A stretch of 64,000 nucleotides of DNA from Malacoraja senta. Its lineage: Eukaryota. The translations under genes were made by a program, and so were the position numbers. The stretch covers positions 13,952,001 to 14,016,000 of the forward strand of contig CM075989.1 of the NCBI GenBank assembly GCA_038087875.1, written 5' to 3'. Positions 52,670 to 63,897 of this stretch are shown here, one piece after another; within the stretch, counting starts at the first letter, position 1, and each line of letters starts with the position of its first letter. Under the pieces are notes generated by a model. That model was not told where the DNA came from. It saw only the letters and a list, made by a program, of their open reading frames with translations, and did not search any database.

Positions 52670-55600
52670 AGTCCAAAATCTGCAATAAGAATTGGGCAAT
52701 TATCTTGCTATTGATATATAATATTTACATTTTAGTACTAATTTCTAACAACTATTACTAATCATGAATACTAATTAATACTAATTATTGTTAACTGGAT
52801 CAACTCAGAATTAACTAAAAGTATGAAATATAGATAAAGTGTGATTCAGGTAATTTATTAATAACAATTTCAGAAGTTTTTTCTTTGATACTTTTGACTT
52901 TGATTACTCTTTGACAATGTTTTTTTGTTGTTGTTTTTTTTGCTATACGAGACTAACATTTCAATTGGAGACTAATAATTAGTTCAATAATGGAATATAA
53001 CTATTGTTTCCCTCCCCCCCATAAATTGTTTTCATTGTAATTGAAACTTTTCTTTTAAGGAAAGTACGGAGCTAGTAATATTTTTTTTTACCAAAAGCTA
53101 CGGTAGTCCTTAGATGCTTAGCCACACTAGGGTGGCTATCACTAACTGCACTAATCTAATCATAGTTGTAGTTTTCTTCTTTTTCTACTCTTTACACGTT
53201 ACTAATGCAACATTTTTTTACCTTTTCTATCTTATGTTATATTATATTTTGTATTTGGAATGGAATTATATATTTTATTTAGGGAGATATGTCCGGATGG
53301 AAAACCGACGAGACCTAAAATTCATCTACCTGAAGTTCGGGTATAAGGTAGGGGTTAATGTGCTGAGCTATCTGCTCTAACATAGACCACTTTAATCACA
53401 AGATGCAAGACGTTAATAGGAATATTGGGGGTGAAGGAATTAAATTCTGTAGCTGGAATGTTAAGGGAATTAATGAACCAATCAAGAGAGGTAAAGTATT
53501 AGCTCATTTAAAATCACTCAAAGCAGATATAATGTTTCTCCAGGAAACACATCTTAAAAAGGAAGTAAAACATAGATTGAAAGCAAAATGGATTGCTAAA
53601 GCGTATCACTCTTCATTTTCACATAAATCTAGAGGGGTTGCAATATTAATTCGTAAAGGTATACCCTTTAAACATATATCAACGATAGAAGATATCGAAG
53701 GCAGATATATTGTATTAGTAGGGGAGTTATACTCAAAAAAAGTGACTCTCCTTAATGTGTATGGACCAAATTTTGATAGCTCCCTGTTTTTTAAGAGAAT
53801 ACTTAACATTATTCCAGAATGCACACAACATAACTTAATTATCGGTGGAGACTTAAATTGTACACTGGATGCTTACTTGGATAGATCATCAACTCAAAGA
53901 AAATTAAAATCTCAGTCAAGTGAATATCTAAACATATATTAATACTACCAACATTAAGGATGTTTGGAGAATTGAAAAACCATCTGGTTGAGAATATTCA
54001 TTTTACTCACCAGTGCATAAAACTTACTCAAGGATAGACTATTTCTTAGTAGACTCTAAACTTATCCCATTTACCTATAATTCGCAATATCATAATATTA
54101 TAATATCGGACCATGCTCCACTAACATTTATGATTAAACTAAACGGAATGACCGAGACACAGTCACAATGGAGACTTAACCCCCAAATCTTAAAAGAAAA
54201 GCTATGTAATGAATACCTCGTAAAACAGATTAATATGTTTTTTGAGGCTAATGATAGCCCTGAAATCTCTGCCTCCCTTCTTTGGGAAACATTTAAAGTA
54301 TTTGTGCGAGGAGTATTAATCTCTTCCCAATCATTTCTTAACAAAGAGAATAGGGCCAAACAACAGACATTGGAAATGGAAATAAGGCAATTAGACATAG
54401 AAAATGCAATAGCACCATCTATGGTAAGACACAATAAAATTGCAGTACTGAAATATAAGTTAAACAAGATATACTCAGACCAGGTTATAAAACTATATCA
54501 ACATACAAAACAATTAAACTTTGAATTTGGTGATAAACCACAAAAACTATTTGCGCGTCAACTTCGTAAACTGGACGGGGAATAAACAATTTACAAAATT
54601 AGATCAGACAAGGGAGAAACATTAACACTGCCTAAAGATATTAATGATAGATTTTTACAATACTATCAAAAACTGTACTCATCTAAAACGACAGAACAAT
54701 CAGCAGGAATGGAAACATTTCTACAGAAATGTAATCTTATGGGTTTAGATCAGAAAGAGAGAGAATCACTAGATGCTAAAATTACGGTAAAAGACATCGA
54801 AGAGTCAATTAGATCTTTAAAAAATGGAAAGGCCGCAGGTCCTGATGGTCTATGCTCTGAATTTTATTTAAAAAATTACGATCTGATTTCTCCACGCCTA
54901 CAGACACTATACAAATATGCTTACACTCAACAGAAACTCCCAGAAACTCTAAATGAATCTACAATCATACTTATACCAAAAACGGATAAGGATCCTGAAG
55001 ACCCAGGTTCATATAGAGCAATAGCTCTCTTAAATACTGATCAGAAAATATTAACCAAAATCCTTTCTCATAGATTGAGCTTAGTGATTAACAAATTAAT
55101 ACACCCCGACCAAACAGGTTTTATTCCAAAACGTTACTCATTTTATAATTTGAGAAGACTATTCAATATTATATATACAAATAGAATTCCTAATGCAGAT
55201 CTAGGAATTATTTTGTTAGATGCTGAAAAAGCATTTGACCAGGTAGAATGGTCATATTTATTTTCGATAATGGAAAAATTTCAACTGGGAGAGAAGTACT
55301 GTACATGGGTTAAATTGTTATACTCTAACCCAACAGCTAGAATATTAACAAACCAAATGTTATCAGCTAAATTTAATCTTTCTAGAGGTTGTAGACAAGG
55401 ATGTTCATTATCCCCACTATTATTTGCTCTTGCAATTGAACCATTAGCAGAAAGCGTTAGAGCCCATCCAGGAATACACGGATACAACACTAGAGATACA
55501 AGGAATACAATTTTCTTATATGCAGATGATGTACTAATATATATTACAAAGTTAGAAACTAGTATTCCAAATCTATTAAATCTAATAACTCAATTTGGTC

Positions 55601-57504
55601 AGTTCTCAGGATATAGAATTAACTGGAATAAAAGTGAAATCATGCCAATAACAAAATTCAATTTAAACACATTACAACAATCCCCTTTTAAAATAGTTCA
55701 AGATAAACTTAAATATTTAGGAATCTACGTAACTAAGACATATACCTCTTTATTTAAACTAAATTTTCCACCCTTACTTAATAAATTACACAAGAATATT
55801 CAGTACTGGAAAACACTTCCCATTTCAATGCTTGGTAGAATTAATGCTATAAAAATGATCTTCTTACCGCAACTACTGTACCTATTTCAATTAATTCCGA
55901 TATATATCCCAAAAAACTTTTTCAAAAAAGTCGATTCCATTGTTACAAGCTTTATTTGGGATTATAAGAATCATAGAATAAGTAAAAAACATTTATGTAA
56001 GTCAAAGAGCGACGGAGGTTTGGCCTTGCCAAATTTCTTATTTTATTTTTGGGCAGTCCATATTAAAAACATGAATTTCTGGTTGGAAGAAATGGATCAA
56101 CAACCAGATTGGTTAAGGATGGAAAAGGAAGACTGTTTACCTTTTGAAATTGGTTTGATTATATTTGCTCCCACAAAACTGCATAAAAAAACCCTATAAG
56201 GAAAACCCTATAATACATAGTGGAATACGAATTTGGAAACAATTAAAAAAGCTTTAAAACTGAATAATATACCACTATGTCTTTCCATTGTAAATAATCC
56301 TTTATTCAAGCCATCCATATTGGATAAAGGTTTCACACAATGGAAAAATTATGGAATTAAAAAGATTGGACATCTTTATAGGAAAGGCATTTTTTTTTCA
56401 TTTCAAGAGTTACAACAGAATCATGGACTGCACTCAAATAATTTCTTCAGATATCTACAAATTAGAGATTATGTTAAATCTAATACACAAGTTTATAGGA
56501 CTAGGGAACCAGAAATTCTTGATGAATGTTTGAATAAGCATCCTAACACTGAAAAATGAATAGCTTATATTTATAACACCCTCTTAAACAACGAGGTACC
56601 ACCGATGGAACTATATAGACACACATGGGAAAATGAGTTAGGTCATCCTATAACGAAAGATATTTGGGACGAAAGTTTACAACATATACATCAATGTTCG
56701 TTAAATGCTAGACATGCTTTAATACAATTTAAAGTCTTACACAGATTACATTACTCCAAAATAAAACTAAATATAATTTTCCCACATATTTCTCCTATCT
56801 GTGATAAATGTCTGCATCTAGAGGCCAATTTAACACATACTTTTGCAAATTGTACAAAAATTAAAAATTTCTGGACTGATATTTTTGAAATAATTTCTGA
56901 AGTTGTTAATACTAAATTGGATCCAGACTCAAAATTAATAATACTTGGGATATCAGAACAAAGTTTAACACTCACAACAAGCCAAAGAAACTTCCTTGAC
57001 TACAGTATAATAACTGGGAAAAAATTAATATTAAAATTTTGGAAAGGCCCTATATCCCCCACAATTAAAATGTGGATTGTGGAAATGTCGGAGACCCTAC
57101 ATCTAGAAAGAATTAGACTTGTCTTAATGGACAAACAAGAACTTTTTGTTAAAATATGGGCTCCATTCATTAACTATCTGAAGGGATAGATTGGCCCAGC
57201 ACGAAAACCCAACTGAAGCTTGAACTCAGGATTAGATGTAAAATTATACTTCATAACCTACGAACTTATCTCCAATGACGTATTATAAGTAATTCATTCC
57301 ACCTCTATTTTTTGATATTTGTAATTCTTTTTTCTTTCTATCTCTTTTTTTCTATCTATATATATTTTTAAACACAAGAAGCAGAATTAATCGACAATTG
57401 ACAATTATAATAATGTATGATTGATGTATATGAAAAGTTTTTTTTACTATAATATGTTACTATACTTTATAATATGTTTGCTTCTAATAAAAAATATTAA
57501 AATA
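52670..57504 (+). mobile_element. 5'-truncated L1-clade LINE with a full-length but disabled ORF2
   Basis: 15-bp TSD AAAACTACAGACTGT (52655-52669, 57505-57519). ORF2 53403-57189 has an APE endonuclease (SWNVKG, LQETH, GDLN, SDH), RT (QGCSLSP, YADD) and CCHC knuckle (CDKC..H....C). AATAAA and A-rich 3' end. Confidence 0.96.
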
Positions 57505-58599
57505 AAAACTACAGACTGTTGTGATAAAAACATTTATCTCACTAATGCCCATCAGGAAGGATCTTGCCATTCTTACCCGATCCGTCACAGGTGTGCCTCC
57601 AGACCTATGAGTATGCTTGGCCTAACAAGCATTTCATTTTAAGGAAGGTAACTAGCCAACACATCATCAAGGGATGTTAGACTATAAATAAAGCCTTGCC
57701 GGCAAAGACCCAATCCTGACAATATAATGAACAAATAATTAGATGCTTTTCCCTCATGGCACCTACTATTGGATGTCTCATAGACCCATCTCATTTCTCA
57801 CCACTGTCCCATTACCGATAGTTGTAGTAAGTAATTTATTGTCTGATCACTCCTTCGACTTCTATGGACAGAAACAAACTCGGAGCTTGTTGCAGTGTAT
57901 TATGTACTGAGAATTCTCTGTGTAGAATTATTTTATTTAGCTTCTTTAAATGTTAACGTTTCTCAATGGGACCTGTGGAAAGCAACACTTAGACCTTTCT
58001 TCTCCAATCTGTTCTTCAATACACAACAAATAAATAAACACTGGTGCAAAGACCTACAAGCAGGGCCCTAAAGGCTGTGCTGGTGCAATAGATGATGGGA
58101 CACCTGTCATCGACATCACAAACTAATTTGCTCGCCTTGTCAAAACTAGATACACTAAGAAGCCAAAATGAAACAAGAAAAAAAGATTGTCTACAAAGCA
58201 ATTTACATGATCTGAAGATATCCCAAAGCAGTTCCTACTGATTAGAGAGTAACGATTTATAAAAAGAATGAGAGAAAAAAACAAGGAATAGCTGACCCAT
58301 AGGTATAACATCAATGAGAGAAAATGCTGGAATCTTTGATAAAATGTGTTCTAACAGAACAATTAGATAGTTGTTTGACACCACAGTGTTTCGTATATTG
58401 TCTGTCAGCTAAAAGTCACGGTCAACCTATTTTATATCATACGTGAATGTTTGCTATAGAGCAAGCATTCTCTAAAAAAGTCGAAATATCCTCTCTGAGA
58501 TTTTCCATCTGTTAATGGTGTACCCAAGATTTCTCAATAAATCATCAGTTGTGGGAAAGTTTTGGAATATTCCACCTCTTGTCTATACACATGTTGCAA

Positions 58600-59200
58600 A
58601 ACAACAAGAAAAATCCAAGCAATTAATGTTCACTGCTCCCTTTGGTACATTGTGTAATCTGAAGCAGTCTAAACATTAATGCCTTTGTTTCAACAACCCA
58701 AATGTCTGCTCTAAAGGGCTCTTGCCTCCCTCATGTGTCTCATTACATGCAGTTTCCTCCAGGGAACAAGACTAGCAAAGTGGTGTCAACAACCAGGTAT
58801 GTCTTGTCTCCCAGGAATCAACTTAGTAAACAATTGGCACCTTCAAAATCTATGGACGGGGTGTAGAAGGATTGGAGAGCAATCAAGAGAAGGAAAAGAA
58901 CTGACATAAAAGCATTTACACAATATTTTTGAATTCATCTATGATTCTTTGTTTGGTTGGATAGCAGTTCAATGTGAATCAAGTAATATTTATTTCTATT
59001 TATGAAAAAAAATTGCTATCTGTATAGGTGCACAAAATGACATGTAAATGCCAGTGAGGCCCTTCTCCCAGGGGATGTCATGGTTATTAGAGCAAAATGT
59101 TTTTAACTACAAAAACATAGCAGATTGACTGAGGTAAGGGACTGCTGAATTAAAGGAGGCAGCCTTGGTAAATGCAGAGAACATTGAGTTAAAATGGGTG
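58600..59200 (-). pseudogene. Fossil PIF/Harbinger (HARBI1-like) transposase
   Basis: Colinear remnants across frameshifts: LSQSAM (59133-59116), FINR (59006-58995), LGDKTY (58814-58797), WLLTPL (58795-58778) and LEQTFGLLKQR (58714-58682). These follow the order of Harbinger ISQS...NRK...GDxGY...WLxTP...IExxFGxLKxRF. Confidence 0.7.
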
Positions 59201-59260
59201 CTAAGGTTGTCAGCATTATGTTTCAGCTTGAGACAATGGCCCGGAGGGGATCTGGATTGG

Positions 59261-59564
59261 AGTTTAGACTTTAGAGATACAGCGCAGAAACAGGCCCTTA
59301 TGCCCACCGAGTCCGCACCAACCAGCGATCACCCCGTACACTAGCACTATCCTACACACCAGGGACAATTTACAATGTTACCGAAACCAATTAACCTATA
59401 AACCTGTACGTCTTTGGCGTGTGGGAGGAATTCGGAGCACCCGGAGAAAACCCATGTGATCACATGGAGAACATACAAATCTGTACATCACCTGCAGTCA
59501 GGATTGAACCAGTGTCTCTGGCGCTGTTAGGCAGTAAATCTACCACATTGCCACCATGCCTCCC
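59261..59564 (-). mobile_element. HE1-type SINE
   Basis: Antisense copy of the family at 43526-43831 (tRNA-like head, central block, CR1 tail). Confidence 0.85.
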
Positions 59565-59644
59565 CAAAGTTGAGGGAATAGAATTTGTGGTTGAACAATG
59601 GCATTGATGTGAGTGGTCAAAGCAGACATGCTGTGACTGCCCCA

Positions 59645-59844
59645 NNNNNNNNNNNNNNNNNNNNNNNNNNNNNNNNNNNNNNNNNNNNNNNNNNNNNNNN
59701 NNNNNNNNNNNNNNNNNNNNNNNNNNNNNNNNNNNNNNNNNNNNNNNNNNNNNNNNNNNNNNNNNNNNNNNNNNNNNNNNNNNNNNNNNNNNNNNNNNNN
59801 NNNNNNNNNNNNNNNNNNNNNNNNNNNNNNNNNNNNNNNNNNNN
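59645..59844. other. Assembly gap (200 N)
   Basis: Run of N. The round length suggests a scaffolding gap of unknown true size. Confidence 0.99.
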
Positions 59845-60821
59845 CCAGACTTGCTTTGCAAATCCACACTCTGCAAAGAGGTGGGCAACCGGTCTCCTCT
59901 CCATAGCAGCCGTCCCGAGGGCAGCGTGCGCTGGTAGTGAGGTTCTGACGGTGCAGGAAGGATCTGACTGGGAGGGCTCCCCATCACCGCCAGCCAAGTC
60001 TTGGTGCTTGTTGGTGAGTTCTGGCGATGAGGCATTTTCGCCAGATAAGCTGGGAAGTCTGGTCTGGGAACCACGCCACAGGATCCATGGAGTCATTCCC
60101 CTGCAGTGCCTGCAGGACGTTCCGTGCTGACCACTGCCCGATGGACTTATGGTTAAAGGAGTTGGTCTGGAAGAACCTTTCCACGAGCGACAAATTTGAT
60201 GACCACATTTTCCATTAAGAGAGGAGAGCGCAGCTTCCACAGCTCCAGTTTCTTCCCCACCTTGGCTATCCCTCTAGCAATTCTTGTCACCTGCCTCCGA
60301 CCCCCCTGAAAGACCCATCCCCAGCACCTCAAGAGGTCATGCTTGATGGTGAAGGGGACGGAAAATCGGTCGGGCCAGTTGCCAAAGAGCTTGGGCCTCG
60401 CTCTTCCTGCGATTCCCCCTGACTCCCATGGCCGACTCAAACTGGTCGCAGACGTTAATCAATTTGCGGACCGACCCTGGATCCGAGCGGAAGACGGCGA
60501 AATCGTCCATGTACAGGGAGGTTTTGACCTGAGTGCCCCCACTGCCTGGCAACGTCACTCCTCTTATGCTTGCGTCCTTCCTGATGGACCCGGCGAAAGG
60601 TTCAATACAACAGACGAACAAGACAGGGGAGAAAGGGCAACCCTGCCTCACTCCAGACCTGACGGGGAATCTGTCTGATTCCCACCCATTGATTTGGACT
60701 GCCACTACAGATATCGGTGTAGAGCACTTGGATCCAATTTCTAAGATTTTGGTCCGGGTAGATCACCCGTCCCAGAGCAGACTTGACCTGGTTGGCAATG
60801 GCCTTAGACTGGATCTTGTAA
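59845..60821 (-). mobile_element. Tx1-like (L1 clade) ORF2 fragment with internal deletions
   Basis: YKIQSKAIANQVKSALGRVIYPDQ, SGVRQGCPFSPVLF, SLYMDD and a C-terminal HLFAEC knuckle remnant. Runs into the gap. Confidence 0.88.
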
Positions 60822-61599
60822 CAGCAAGGGTTGTACTGTGAAGTGAGCAGATAGTCTGTAACCCACTCAATAACATCAGGCATGCAATTCTTAATTCCCC
60901 AGGATTCGCTGGTATACATTTCCGTCCCAAGTGACGGAAAAGCTTTCCCAAATGATTTAAAACACATAACAGCTTGCAGTGTGGCTGTTTGGAGATTGGC
61001 TGTGCTTTGTTTCTATGGATTTTAAGATGTAGAAATGTACTGTTAAGGCACCTTTTTTCCAATTTTGCAATTATTATCCAACCAACCATAGTTTTCAGCT
61101 TCAGTATACTTTATAACGTCTTTCCACGGTTTGAAGTTAAGGTCTGAAAGCTAGATTAATGACTCCAGTATTAACTTCTTCAGGTGATGAATACAAGAGG
61201 CACAGGGATCTGAACTCAACCGATCTTAATGAAGGGTCCAGACCTGAAATGTGACCTATCCATATTCTCCAGAGATGCTGCCTGACCCGCTGAGTTACTC
61301 CAGCACTTTGTGTCCTCGAATGAAACACTTACTTGGTAGTCAAGATCCAAGTTATTTTAACATAGTAATTCAGTTATTACAGTACACATTTCTTCTTTAA
61401 AGGTTTGTTGTTTTTAGGTATTTTGTATCTAATGCCACGCAATACAAGGAAGTGGATTGTGATCTGAGGATTAAATTGCAGCATTTTGTACAAGAGTAGG
61501 AATTTCAAAATGCAATTGCAGATATTTATCAAATCTGATAACATCAAGACTTCTTTAATGCAACAATGTTCCAAAATATTACACATTTCTGAATTCTGA

Positions 61600-62126
61600 A
61601 AGGCCTGTCCCACGGACAGGCGGTTACTGGCGGTGTAGCAGGAAGTTGGGACCGCTCGTGGACCGCCAGAGACCGCGCATGGCCCGCGGGGTCGGTCCCA
61701 CGCACACCGCCAGGACCGTATGTAGTTGGTCCCGACACCGCGCGGTGCTCACAAAAAACGACACTGTTCAAAAATCTCGGCGTGCCGCCCAGCCGCCACC
61801 TCTTTGCCGCGAGCACCGCCAGTGCGCCGCGAGCACCGCCTGTACGCCGTGAGCACCGCCTGTACGCCGCGAGCCGTCTCGACGTCACCACCCGACGCCG
61901 CGCGATGTCCATTCCAGTAGGCCCGTGGTACAGGCCGTGCGGTGACCACCCGGCCTACGCGCGGCAACAGCTTCCGGTAAAGTTGAACTTACCGCATGCT
62001 CGTGGGACGCATCTGCGCGGCGCTCCCGCGGCATACGCGCGGCGCTCCCGCAGTAGCCGCGCGGTCCCCGCTTCCAGGGACGCCGCGCTTCACCGCCAGT
62101 AACCGCCTGCCCGTGGGACAGAGCCA
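61600..62126. mobile_element. GC/CpG-rich PIF/Harbinger-type MITE
   Basis: TIRs CTGTCCCACGG(A/G)CAGGCGGTTACTGGCGGTG, TGA TSD at 61597-61599 and 62127-62129, 20-bp tandem repeat at 61806-61874. Confidence 0.88.
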
Positions 62127-62562
62127 TGAAGAACACAACACATTCTGAACACAGTGCAAATGATAGAAATTAAATTTAAAGGAAAAGTATATTTTATATA
62201 ATGAGGCCACTCAGCATGAACTATAACAAGAAACAGCAATTACATTAAAAACAATTAGATCTGAATGTGTATATTTTAATAACCCTGATTGAGTCATAAA
62301 AAGCATATTTGCCCAATGCACGTGTTTTCTCAGCTGAATGTTGTCAAATTTACAATATGTTCATTTCTAGAAAGCAACTAAATAGTATGCAATGAAGCAG
62401 TTCATGAGCTTTTACCAAAACTAGCGCTGCTGTTAATAGTGAAGATTTATCCTTATTTTTGGACCATTTCTTGTACAATGCTGCATACCTCAGAAATCTG
62501 AAATAAAAAATAGTGGAAATGCTCTCTGCTGGGTTTCCTGTGTTTTCTGCATTCATTTTATT

Positions 62563-63480
62563 GTAAGTAGTAAGTAAGTAAGTAAGTAAGTTTTATTTAT
62601 ATAGCACGTTTTAAATCAACTCGTGTTGAAACCAAAGTGCTTTACATAAAATAAATAATAAGTTTCCGTACATCCATAGAAAAAGATTAAAATAGAAAAA
62701 TTGACACAACACATTATAGAATTCAACACAAATGTCCCCCCACAACAGAATCAAAATTTTCCACTGTGGGTAAAGGCACCAGAAAGTTTAGTCCTCTTCC
62801 TCTGTGACCACTCGAGGTCGGGCCCTATTTGTGGCCTTGCAGCCAGTCCGATGTTTTCAGGCCCTCTTGCCGTGTAGCTGGAACTCCGGCGTCGGGTGGA
62901 CATTCCTCAGCGGCTTGGAAATGTCTGGAGCGGCCGCTTCCTCCCTGGAGACTGCGGCACCCGAGGTCCCCAGGCCGCGCTGGTTGGAGCTCCGACTCTG
63001 GCGATCTCAGCAAGAGGTCCCAGGTTCCGCGGTGTTCTAAATCCAGCGCCGCCCGCCCGCAGCTGGGTGCTCCGCAGACCGCAGCTCCTCGATGTTGGAG
63101 TCGGCGGTCACCGCACTCCGGAGCTTACCGCTCGGCGACCCGGTAAGGCATTGCCCGCTCCGTGTTGGTGTCCCAGTGCAGTGCCACTGCCGAAGCTGTA
63201 GTCTCGGCTGGTCCCGACAGGAAACGCCGCTCCAGTCCGATGGTAGGCCGCGAGGAAGGGGCGAAGAAACAGCTCGGAGGGAAGCTGCCAATCCGACCAG
63301 AAGGGACTAGGAAATAAAGTTTCCCCCATTCCCCTCCCCCACCCACCACATAAAAGACCTCCAACTAACATTTTGTTTTTTAACAGGACTAAAAAATAAA
63401 ATAAAAAATGATGAAAGGGCGGACTGCAGGCAGAGCAGCCATATACAACGGCGCCCTACTCCTGAACATCCGCCATCTTG
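62563..63480 (-). mobile_element. GC-rich non-autonomous retroelement with an L2-like tail
   Basis: The 5' end is CAAGATGGCG (YY1-type motif, 63480-63471). The 3' end is AAAGCACTTTGG...GTGCTATATAAATAAA followed by (CTTA)n. Confidence 0.72.
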
Positions 63481-63488
63481 GTTGGTAG

Positions 63489-63897
63489 CTTCTCCATGGA
63501 TTGTCACCTTGTCGTGGTGGAGAAGCTTGGTCCTGATATCCTGAGAACGATGCCATCTGGAGCTATGCTCCTGGTAGGACCACCCATGGCGATAAGGTCG
63601 AGCCGGAGGACTCTGACAAAGAGCAATCCAACCAAGACCACAACGGCGGAACAGGCGGAGGATGATGGCTGACCTTAGTGGAGCGTCACAGCGGCTGGGA
63701 AGGCAGATGAAGGATGCAGTAGAAAAGGGTCTCCGGTTGTTTTGGACTCCATGCCACTGGATCCTGACCCAGATCTGTCAAGGATGCTGTGGTGGCTGTC
63801 TGTGCACCAGACTCCCCATGTTAAGCAAAGTCACGCACTGGCGTCCTCCGACCATGGAGACACCCATGGTCAGCCATGAGCAAAGGGGGCCTAAGAA
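63489..63897 (+). mobile_element. Bipartite RTE-derived short element with a predicted HDV-like ribozyme at its 5' end
   Basis: TSD GGTAGCTTC (63484-63492, 63898-63906). 5' block CACCTTGTCGTGGTGGAG...CTGACAAAGAGC resembles RTE (Expander/BovB-type) 5' UTRs. 8-bp stem GACCATGG/CCATGGTC (63850-63871) before a short tail. No RT ORF. Confidence 0.78.

Noticed and set aside
59460..60240. Long ORFs of 109-207 aa
   Set aside because: Artefacts of reading through the 200-N gap.
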